DNA of 64,000 nucleotides from a virus: the IMG/VR virus record IMGVR_UViG_3300009370_000003, one strand, 5' to 3'. Each line of letters begins with the position of its first letter. The first letter of the stretch is position 1. Shown piece after piece: positions 47,521 through 55,530 of this stretch. Under the pieces are notes generated by a model. The model was not told the DNA's origin. It saw nothing but the letters and a program-made list of their open reading frames with translations, and did no database searches. The position numbers were made by a program, and so were the translations under genes.

Positions 47521-47984
47521 TATGATACCTCGTCAATTTGTTCTTGGGTGACTGTTCCTTTTTCTATAAGAAGCTTGCGGTGGATTAAATGTTGTTCTTG
47601 GATTTCTTCTTTATTACCACCAGCATAATCAACTGCATGGTGGTCTGCAATCATTTGTTGATTTATACTAACTTTACCTTTCACATGACCATCTCTTAAA
47701 TTTGCTTCATGTTTAACAAATAACTCACCAAGAATTCTACCAAACTTCCCTTTATCATGAGAGATAAGGGTGACATCTTGTTCTTCTAACAAGTGTTGTA
47801 AGTGGTATTTTGATGCCTTGCCAAAGAGCTTTTCGACTTTATCTCGTGTGCGAGATTCAGGGGTATCTATACCCTTTAGCCTCACTCTTTGTTTCTTATA
47901 AACCATTCCGAATCCTAAATCGATATCTACATCAACTGTGTCACCATCAACCACGCGGGTAACATTTACATTATATTCGTACAT
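47520..47984 (-). CDS. thermonuclease (SNase-like)
   Basis: VVDGDT, RVRL.GIDTPE and KFGRILG. Confidence 0.92.
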   Translation of the reverse strand: MYEYNVNVTRVVDGDTVDVDIDLGFGMVYKKQRVRLKGIDTPESRTRDKVEKLFGKASKYHLQHLLEEQDVTLISHDKGKFGRILGELFVKHEANLRDGHVKGKVSINQQMIADHHAVDYAGGNKEEIQEQHLIHRKLLIEKGTVTQEQIDEVS

Positions 47985-48008
47985 ACCCTTATTTAGGATA
48001 TTCTTGAA

Positions 48009-48437
48009 TTATAGGTTACTTTTATTGTGGTTTCTATGTTCGATTTTTGATTCCCAGTCCTTTACTGCTTGTGAAATTGAATCTTCTGCAAGAACTGAAC
48101 AGTGAAGTTTAATTGGTGGGAGCTCTAGTTTTTCTGCAATGTCCTTATCTTCGATAAGTTTTGCTTGTTCTATTGTTAATCCCATTAACATATCAACAAA
48201 TAATGAAGAGGAAGCGATTGCACTACCACAACCATAAGTTTTAAACTTAACATCTTCTATAACATCTGTTTCGGGATTAATTTTTAAATCAAGTTTCATG
48301 ACATCGCCACAAGCTGGTGCTCCAGTCATTCCTGTTGCAACATTTGGGTCTTTGGGGTCGAATCTACCTACACCGTGTTTATCGGGGTTGTTGAGGACAT
48401 TGTTGAATCTATCTACAACCTTTTTACTGTATGCCAT
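48009..48437 (-). CDS. iscU: Fe-S cluster scaffold protein
   Basis: GAPACGDVM, KTYGCGSAIASS and LPPIKLHCS. Confidence 0.95.
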   Translation of the reverse strand: MAYSKKVVDRFNNVLNNPDKHGVGRFDPKDPNVATGMTGAPACGDVMKLDLKINPETDVIEDVKFKTYGCGSAIASSSLFVDMLMGLTIEQAKLIEDKDIAEKLELPPIKLHCSVLAEDSISQAVKDWESKIEHRNHNKSNL

Positions 48438-48454
48438 ACTCTATATAGGTAAAC

Positions 48455-50959
48455 TTATCCAAAAAATGAGTCAAGACTAGCAACTGGTTCAACATTCCAG
48501 CCAATTAAACTAATAACAACCTTCAAAGGGTCTACGAATGCTTTATCAAATTGCATATCGTAATCTATAAATCTATGTAAATCTAATTCTCTAGGTAATA
48601 CATTAAGGAATGCAATGACATTCTCATTAATAGGATTAGGGGTTGACAAATAACTGAAATGTATCTTCTCACCATTCTTAACCATTTCATATCTTCTATC
48701 GATATTCTTCTTCTTAAGGTGGTGGTTATATAACAAGGAACCTCTTACATGAATCGGAGTTCCTTTTGAATAGATATGTGTTGGGTCTGCATACTGAACT
48801 AATCCTTTACACCCTCTAGGAAATGCAACTTCCTCGGGTGGTAAATTCCTAAACTCTTTTCGGGCATTCTCAACAAACTCCCACAAGTCTGTTTCTTCAC
48901 CATTCATAACAACTTGAAAAGCCTCTGTGAGTTTTCCTCTAACCCATTGTGGTGTTGAACTCTTTGCAGTTTCAATACCCATCATTTTAAGTTTAGGAGT
49001 TTTTAATCTGACCCCTTCGTTATCATGCACATTAAGAATATATCGTTTCTTTGCAGTCCAAATACCACGGTCTGCAATAATCTCTCTGCCCATTTCCATT
49101 TTGTTTTGATATGCATTTGTATATTCTGCAAGTTCGTCAAACCCTTCAGCAAGAACTTTCTCAATCAAACCTTCGGAGCTGTTTAAGAAGTCTACAATCT
49201 TACCCTTGTTTGTTTCTTCGGGAAGAACTCTTTGAACTAATTTATCCATAGTAATATAAAGTGAATCAGTATCCATTGCAATTACATAATCTTCATTATC
49301 AGTTTCAAGAGTTTTGTTTAAGAATTCGTTTATGGTTTTCTCAGCCCACTGAATGATTAGTTGCCCGCTAGTGGTGATTGCTTCTGCAAGGTCGACACTA
49401 AAGAAAGCAAAGTATTGATTTGCAAGAGCTCCGTATGCTGAATTGAGTGCAATCTTTCGAACCATTTGATTGTTATTAGCTCTCTTAATTAAAGTATCGA
49501 GTTCTTTTCGTCTTGGTTTATCTGCACTCTGATATTCAATTTGATAGTCAATCATTTTCCTCTTCCAAGCCTTTCTCTCGTCATAGAACTTCTCCATGAG
49601 TTCGGGAAGAAAACCTTGTCGGTTTCGTGTAAACTTTGCACCGTTAGGACAAACAGTATTATTCTCTTTCTTTAAATGACTAAGGTCAACTTCTCTATTG
49701 AGTAAAGACTTAATAGAAACCTCTTCCTTTGCAGACTTAACCATTTTCTCGGGTGAGATATTATGTTGCATAATGATATGTGGGTATAGAGAATTTAAAT
49801 CAAAACTCACAACCCAATCATGTCCACCAACTAATGGTTCTTTAACATATGCACCTATGATACGACTTGTCTTCTCACGAGACATTTTTTGTGGTGGTGT
49901 TTGGATATTCTGTTCTTTTAAGAAGTTATAGATTATGGTTTCCCAATACTTAACCATACCAAATGTATCATTATAATTACACTTTGCATTATAAGACATT
50001 GTTTGAACCAACTCAATCAGTCCAAGTTTCTCTTCTAGTTCTTCAACTAATACAGCGTCAACAACATTATACTCTAAAAACTTTTCATAATCTTGTCGAT
50101 AAAGTGTGTGTAAGTTTCCATACTCTGAATAATCTAACTTACCTTTACCAAGTTCAATGTGTGAAATATGGTTTAATGAATAGGATTCTTGATTTACAAA
50201 AGTATGTTTCCTATAGAGCTCGAGATAATCAAGAACATTAATCCCATAAAGATTGAATACTTGTTGTTTTTGATATCCTTGTGAAACGAATTCTCTAACA
50301 TCTGACATTCCCCATGGAGATAATTTCTTATGTTCGTCTTCTCCAATAATTTTATCAATACGATTACAAAGATAAGTTATATCAAAAGAGTTTACATTCC
50401 AACCAGTGATAATATCGAATGATTCCTTTCTCCAGTATTTGATAAACTGCATTAAAAGGTCTGCTTCATTTGTGCAAGGACGATAATCATAATTCTTACC
50501 ATGATTCCATTCACCAAGACCGAATACTACTGGAGGTTTACCAAATGGTTTCATAGTGATTGCATTAACCTTCTCGCCTGCAATCATAGGCTCAGGAAAT
50601 CCGTCTTCACACTCACACTCAATATCGAGTGAAGCTGTCTTAATTAATTTTGGATTGAATTCTATATCACCTTGAAACTTATCTGCAATATAGGTGTAGA
50701 TATATTTGTCGTATCCGTGGATTTCAAATCCGTCAACGGCATTATATCTTTCTCGAAACTTTCTTGCACCACCCATGGAGTTAAGATTAACTGCCTCAAG
50801 GGGTCTTCCGTCTAATGCACGGAATGCTGTTTCTCCTTTTTTTGAGGGTATGTAATGGTTGGGACGATATGCAACGGAAAGTTTTAATTGTTTCTTTCCT
50901 TTGTATCCCTTGACTAAAATTTTATCTCGTGTGCGACAAACATTTGTATAAAAATCCAT
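48455..50959 (-). CDS. family B DNA polymerase (T4 gp43), uninterrupted
   Basis: DIE, GWN..FD, FDLNSLYP, KIALNSAYG, DTDS and KKRY. Confidence 0.98.
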   Translation of the reverse strand: MDFYTNVCRTRDKILVKGYKGKKQLKLSVAYRPNHYIPSKKGETAFRALDGRPLEAVNLNSMGGARKFRERYNAVDGFEIHGYDKYIYTYIADKFQGDIEFNPKLIKTASLDIECECEDGFPEPMIAGEKVNAITMKPFGKPPVVFGLGEWNHGKNYDYRPCTNEADLLMQFIKYWRKESFDIITGWNVNSFDITYLCNRIDKIIGEDEHKKLSPWGMSDVREFVSQGYQKQQVFNLYGINVLDYLELYRKHTFVNQESYSLNHISHIELGKGKLDYSEYGNLHTLYRQDYEKFLEYNVVDAVLVEELEEKLGLIELVQTMSYNAKCNYNDTFGMVKYWETIIYNFLKEQNIQTPPQKMSREKTSRIIGAYVKEPLVGGHDWVVSFDLNSLYPHIIMQHNISPEKMVKSAKEEVSIKSLLNREVDLSHLKKENNTVCPNGAKFTRNRQGFLPELMEKFYDERKAWKRKMIDYQIEYQSADKPRRKELDTLIKRANNNQMVRKIALNSAYGALANQYFAFFSVDLAEAITTSGQLIIQWAEKTINEFLNKTLETDNEDYVIAMDTDSLYITMDKLVQRVLPEETNKGKIVDFLNSSEGLIEKVLAEGFDELAEYTNAYQNKMEMGREIIADRGIWTAKKRYILNVHDNEGVRLKTPKLKMMGIETAKSSTPQWVRGKLTEAFQVVMNGEETDLWEFVENARKEFRNLPPEEVAFPRGCKGLVQYADPTHIYSKGTPIHVRGSLLYNHHLKKKNIDRRYEMVKNGEKIHFSYLSTPNPINENVIAFLNVLPRELDLHRFIDYDMQFDKAFVDPLKVVISLIGWNVEPVASLDSFFG

Positions 50960-50965
50960 TATATA

Positions 50966-50994
50966 ATTATACTACGGAAGGTCTATTCTGTCAA
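50966..50994 (-). promoter_or_regulatory. gp43 promoter
   Basis: TTGACA-N17-TATAAT, perfect consensus. Confidence 0.85.
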
Positions 50995-51204
50995 TGTAGT
51001 TCTTGTTGGGTGTAAGAGGTTTTTTACTGTTTCTAGTTTATCTTCTGCGTCAGCAAGTTTTGTAACTTCCATATCCATTGCAGCGACAACATCAGGGTGT
51101 TCTCCAATTCCTACTGGGTTTGATTGATAAACTTCAATATTTGCAGTTGCAGCTGCAATATCACCTTCGTATCTCTTCACTAATGCTCTTAATAAATCAG
51201 TCAT
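50983..51204 (-). CDS. conserved small T4-like protein
   Basis: NIEVY..NPVGIGEHPD motif. Confidence 0.75.
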   Translation of the reverse strand: MTDLLRALVKRYEGDIAAATANIEVYQSNPVGIGEHPDVVAAMDMEVTKLADAEDKLETVKNLLHPTRTTLTE

Positions 51205-51645
51205 TTATACTCCTAAAACTTGTTCTTGTAATTCTTTAGACCTACGGCCTACTTGTCTAAACCAACGGCTATCTTCCATTTGAGCTGCCATTTCTTTCCA
51301 GTCTCTAATCTCAACTGCATGAAGCATATTTTTAAATTTACCTAATCTGTTTGCACCAAGATTAAAACACATATTCACTAATACATGTTGTATGTTTTCG
51401 GGTAAAGTATCAAAATCTGATACTAAGTGTTTTGCTTCAATTACATGTTTGTCAAAGTCGTCATCATAATATATGTCAACTACTTCTTGACTAACTGGGG
51501 TTCCTGCTGGTTTTCCGTATTCGGGGTCAGACTTCTGTATCAAATGTCCAACACCAAGTGTAAGGTATCCAAGGGAGTCTTCATATATTTCTAAGACCTC
51601 GCCTTCGTGTCTCTTAATCTGTTCCTTCAATACTTCTCTGTTCAT
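51205..51645 (-). CDS. lysozyme (GH24/T4L-like endolysin)
   Basis: HEG....Y.DSLG..T.G.GH, NMCFNLG and DSRW..QV..R. Confidence 0.92.
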   Translation of the reverse strand: MNREVLKEQIKRHEGEVLEIYEDSLGYLTLGVGHLIQKSDPEYGKPAGTPVSQEVVDIYYDDDFDKHVIEAKHLVSDFDTLPENIQHVLVNMCFNLGANRLGKFKNMLHAVEIRDWKEMAAQMEDSRWFRQVGRRSKELQEQVLGV

Positions 51646-51928
51646 TTTTGTCCCTCTCGACTTGTTCCTCTAGGAGTTCCACTAGGATATCTCCCATAAG
51701 CTTTTCTAATGTATCATTATTTAGTAGTTCGTCCATTGTCAAATTTTCATCGTTAGGAAGTCTACGAATTGTTCGTTGAAAATTTAAATGTGGTTTACCT
51801 TCAACAAACTCCACATTACCATACTGATACACTAACCCTTCAAATTCTCCACTGACTATTTCTATGCCAGCATCTTTCTCATGTGGATTTTCTACCACTT
51901 GAAATACATTTTTAAATAATTTTGACAT
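51614..51928 (-). CDS. conserved hypothetical protein
   Basis: G.F.G.VYQYG.V...GDILVELL. Confidence 0.65.
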   Translation of the reverse strand: MSKLFKNVFQVVENPHEKDAGIEIVSGEFEGLVYQYGNVEFVEGKPHLNFQRTIRRLPNDENLTMDELLNNDTLEKLMGDILVELLEEQVERDKNEQRSIEGTD

Positions 51929-52944
51929 TAGTCTCCTAAGAAACTATCTAAGCTACCATGTTTGTCTCTATGATGGTGTCCGATAGGATTCTCTGTTTTA
52001 CCTCTTACACCTTTTGTTGCAACATCACTTCCACAATATGCAACACATGTATGTCTGACACCTTCACCTTTAATTTGAGTCACACCATGCAATTCATTTG
52101 AATCTGCAATAATAACATCACCATCATCTGCATCGATACCAATTCCATATCTTGGGAATGATAGATATGCGCCTTCAAAATCTCCACAACGAAATACACA
52201 CATTGTTGTCATTCCAAAATCTAAATCGTCACCGTCAATATGTGCAGACATTTTTCCAGCACCTTCAACATATGAATATTTGTTTGCAGATATAGAAGTG
52301 AACGGAGCTCCTTGCAACCAGTATTTTTCTTCAACACACTCATCACAAAAATCTCTTTGTTTTTTCCAAACTTCGGGGGCCCCTATTTTTAATGCTTGTT
52401 CATTTAGAACTGCTATCTCTTGCATGCTTTCCCACTTCTCTTGGTTTCTTTTTAGTTTTGCCCAACCACTTAAACCAATCATTCCCGTAAATCTTCCTCT
52501 CTTATGTCCCATAAAAATAGAATGAATAGGGTTTGCTTCTGCAATTCGATTGAACTCACCATTTTTCTTTAGTGGATAGTATGAGTTTGCAGTTCTTAAT
52601 TTATAATGAACTCCCTCTATCATACCTTTCTTTGCCATTTCATCTTTATCAATAGGGCCAGCTGCATTTGCACGAAGTGTAGATACATCTTCAATAGATT
52701 GAACTGTTGACCTTAATTCTTCTAACTTCTCACCTTCGTATACGCCTTTAACAATACATGCAAGTAGAGGTGGTTCCTCTCCAAGTGTAGATACTGGTTT
52801 ATAAATCTTGGTTAACTCGTGGTCTGTTCCCACGGTAGATACTAGGTCTGTGACTTCACTTCCGTCTAACCACTGACCGTTATACTTCTCCATAGTTTCT
52901 TTAAAACCATGGTCAACTGTTGGTGTGTGTGTTCTAATTGACAT
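51928..52944 (-). CDS. TET/JBP-like 2OG-Fe(II) dioxygenase
   Basis: PFTSISAN, SAHIDGDD, GAYLSFPRY, GDVII.D..ELHGVT and RHTCVAY; coupled to the C5-MTase. Confidence 0.8.
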   Translation of the reverse strand: MSIRTHTPTVDHGFKETMEKYNGQWLDGSEVTDLVSTVGTDHELTKIYKPVSTLGEEPPLLACIVKGVYEGEKLEELRSTVQSIEDVSTLRANAAGPIDKDEMAKKGMIEGVHYKLRTANSYYPLKKNGEFNRIAEANPIHSIFMGHKRGRFTGMIGLSGWAKLKRNQEKWESMQEIAVLNEQALKIGAPEVWKKQRDFCDECVEEKYWLQGAPFTSISANKYSYVEGAGKMSAHIDGDDLDFGMTTMCVFRCGDFEGAYLSFPRYGIGIDADDGDVIIADSNELHGVTQIKGEGVRHTCVAYCGSDVATKGVRGKTENPIGHHHRDKHGSLDSFLGD

Positions 52945-54175
52945 TATACTTCTCCAAAATATTTTCTAAGACACTTTCAACTAATGCCTTAAGACAAAGT
53001 GGTGCGACCATTAATCCTATTCTTGCACCCTTGTCGTTATAATCTCCCGTACTCCTATAGTCATCGGGAAGAGTCATAATCCTTTGTAATTCCTTTGGAG
53101 TATATATCCTTTCTCCACTGGGGTGAAAATGATTACCACCCATAAACTTTGGTTGACACCCTTGTTCAGTTAATGAATGTGCAGCTTGAGTCCAAGGTAC
53201 AATCCTTGACATGTAATAAGAATGTTTTTCATCTTCGGGGTCAATGATACCCCTTGCAATTTGTTCTTTGAACCACGGGCCAACGATATCGTCTCCAATA
53301 CTAACAACCCTTTCCATATTATTTATGCCCCTCATACCTAAGCATGGGCCCGAGTTGGGATAGTCAGGGTGAGTATCAAATCCAAATACCCAATGAGCCT
53401 TTGAAGAATGTCTCAAAGATTCTTCTAGGTATTTTGCATCGGTTATGTTTTGTTCGTCATCTTGTAAGTCTTCTATTGCATCTCTTACAGTCCATTCTTT
53501 TTGAGAAGGTTCAGGAAATACACTTCCTAAAACCATCCATGGCATTCCAATTTTATCTAATACATCATTACGAACTGCAAGTATAAATGTTCTTTCTCTT
53601 TTTTGTGGAACTCCATGTTGGGCTGCATTCATAACTTTATAAACTGCAGAATATCCTTGTGCTTCAAAGTCTGTAATCATTCTATTCAAATGGTCTCTTG
53701 CATAGTCCATTGTAAGACCTTTTACATTTTCACAAATAACAATCTTGGGTTGGAGTTCACCAGTAATTCTAATTACTTCCCAAGTTAAATCTTCAATGTT
53801 TTCTTGCTTCATTCCATATGCAATCTTCTCTTTGTTCCAACCTTCTCGTTTTGATCCAGCCATTGAAAATGGCGGACAAGGTGGACTTGCATCTAGAATA
53901 TCTATTTCACCAACTCCTAGTCCACTAAGTTCCATGATATCTTTACCAGTAACTTTTTTAATGTCTTTACATTCGTGAACTGTGTTTGGGAAATTTAAAA
54001 GGTAGGTATCAACATGAAGTTGTTGAAATTCATTCATGTATTTACAATCTCCACCTAAGAGTTTGTATGCACATGAAGAACCGCCTCCGCCAGCAAAGAA
54101 AGTTATATAATTAAACTTCTTTGTTGAAGCACCTTCTTCAAGGTCTGATAATCTATATCTAAAATATTCGTTCAT
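52934..54175 (-). CDS. DNA (cytosine-5)-methyltransferase
   Basis: FAGGGG (I), SPPCPPFS (IV), ENVKG (VI), PQKRER (VIII) and motifs IX/X. Confidence 0.93.
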   Translation of the reverse strand: MNEYFRYRLSDLEEGASTKKFNYITFFAGGGGSSCAYKLLGGDCKYMNEFQQLHVDTYLLNFPNTVHECKDIKKVTGKDIMELSGLGVGEIDILDASPPCPPFSMAGSKREGWNKEKIAYGMKQENIEDLTWEVIRITGELQPKIVICENVKGLTMDYARDHLNRMITDFEAQGYSAVYKVMNAAQHGVPQKRERTFILAVRNDVLDKIGMPWMVLGSVFPEPSQKEWTVRDAIEDLQDDEQNITDAKYLEESLRHSSKAHWVFGFDTHPDYPNSGPCLGMRGINNMERVVSIGDDIVGPWFKEQIARGIIDPEDEKHSYYMSRIVPWTQAAHSLTEQGCQPKFMGGNHFHPSGERIYTPKELQRIMTLPDDYRSTGDYNDKGARIGLMVAPLCLKALVESVLENILEKYNVN

Positions 54176-54195
54176 AAAAAAATCCCACTAAACAT

Positions 54196-54232
54196 ATTAT
54201 ATTATATTTAGCGAGATTTGACTAGAGGGTTT
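54196..54232 (-). promoter_or_regulatory. promoter with AAACCCTCTAGTCA element driving MTase-TET
   Basis: TAGTCA-N17-TATAAT; TAAATA inside the spacer. Confidence 0.7.
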
Positions 54233-54234
54233 TA

Positions 54235-54768
54235 CTATCCAACGAAGTCCTCGCCTTCGTTCCATGCACAACCAGTTAGTCCACCAGCTTGTAGTGCCCT
54301 TACAGTTCTTAGAACTTCTTGTGGGTTTCTACCAGTGTCTAATGCATTGCTTGATGCATGTTGGATTACTCCATCAGGGTCGATAATAAATGTTGCTCTA
54401 TAGCATACACCATTTTCTATATCTACCACACCAAGGTCGCTTGATAATCTAAGTCCAGTGTCAGCTGCAAGCGTATGTTGAATATTACCTATCAACTCAT
54501 TATCTTGTTTCCATGCTAATTTACAAAACTCGTTATCACCACTGATACCGATAACTGATACACCCGCGTCTACCAATGCATCAAATCCAGCAATCTCTGT
54601 TGGACAGATAAAAGTAAAGTCTTTTGGATAAAAGTAAACCACTGACCAACCTTGAAGCCAGTCATTGTCTGCTGTCACAAATTCATTAAACTTATTAATC
54701 CCCTCTAATGAGAAGTCGGGGAATTGTTCACCTACTGTTTTCATAACATCTCCCTTAAAGGATTCCAA
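54235..54768 (-). CDS. ahpC: 2-Cys peroxiredoxin (probable start MKTVG at ~54743)
   Basis: FYPKDFTFICPTE, RATFIIDP and GRN..E. Confidence 0.93.
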   Translation of the reverse strand: MESFKGDVMKTVGEQFPDFSLEGINKFNEFVTADNDWLQGWSVVYFYPKDFTFICPTEIAGFDALVDAGVSVIGISGDNEFCKLAWKQDNELIGNIQHTLAADTGLRLSSDLGVVDIENGVCYRATFIIDPDGVIQHASSNALDTGRNPQEVLRTVRALQAGGLTGCAWNEGEDFVG

Positions 54769-54965
54769 CTATAATCGTAAGTGGAGAGTGTTCTAGTCCC
54801 ACCTTGACTTGCTATAGTATTACATAACTTAATCATTTCTCTATCTGTCAAATCATTAAGATATTTGTTTAGGTCTGCTTCTATTGCGACTCTGTCATTT
54901 TTTGCACACTCTTGTATGCCCTCTTCTTTTTTCATAATTACTCCATAATAAAATGATACCACCAT
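54741..54965 (-). CDS. hypothetical protein
   Basis: ORF after a TATACA-N18-TATAAT promoter; probable start MKKEE. Confidence 0.5.
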   Translation of the reverse strand: MVVSFYYGVIMKKEEGIQECAKNDRVAIEADLNKYLNDLTDREMIKLCNTIASQGGTRTLSTYDYSWNPLREML

Positions 54966-55001
54966 TATATCACATAACAGTGGTATCTGTATAGTGGGTT
55001 T

Positions 55002-55412
55002 CTATGAAATTTTGATAGAAACTGGTTTGTCTTCTTCGGGAATGACTCTCTCTAAGTTGACACTCAATATACCGTTTTTATACACTGCACTGGCGATTTC
55101 TACATCGTCTGCAAGTGTAAATCTACGGTTGAATGCTCTAGAAGCTAATCCTTTATGGACAAAGTCCTTCTCAGAATCTTCTGAACTACCCTCGATAACA
55201 AGAATGTTTTTCTCTTTAGTAACAGAAATTTCCTTCTTATCGAATCCAGCAACAGCAAGTTCAACGGTGAAATTTTCATCGTCTACTTTTACCACATTGT
55301 ATGGTGGATAGTTTGATTGTGAGATTGTAGACATTCTTTCGAGGTCTTCGAAATATCTATCAAATCCTATTGCGAACGGTCTGAATTGACCAAATATATC
55401 TAAATGCGTCAT
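55002..55412 (-). CDS. small heat-shock protein (Hsp20/IbpA family)
   Basis: IGFDR, YPPYN, ELAVAGF, HKGLA.R.F and NGIL. Confidence 0.96.
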   Translation of the reverse strand: MTHLDIFGQFRPFAIGFDRYFEDLERMSTISQSNYPPYNVVKVDDENFTVELAVAGFDKKEISVTKEKNILVIEGSSEDSEKDFVHKGLASRAFNRRFTLADDVEIASAVYKNGILSVNLERVIPEEDKPVSIKIS

Positions 55413-55473
55413 ATTTTTCTCCTTTAATTAAGCAAGTTAATATATGTAATCCTCTATTGAGCAATTACTAAAG

Positions 55474-55530
55474 TATTTATAATACTTATATACCTATTAT
55501 ATGGGTTTTTTCAAAAATTTCAAGAGGGTT
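55474..55530 (-). promoter_or_regulatory. stacked hsp20 promoters (sigma32-like/sigma70-like plus T4 late)
   Basis: CTTGAAA...CCCATATAAT, then TATAAATA at 55474-55481. Confidence 0.6.

Noticed and set aside
24552-50959. Introns or inteins in nrdA, nrdB, gp41, uvsX or gp43
   Set aside because: All are continuous ORFs of normal length with no splicing or homing-endonuclease motifs.
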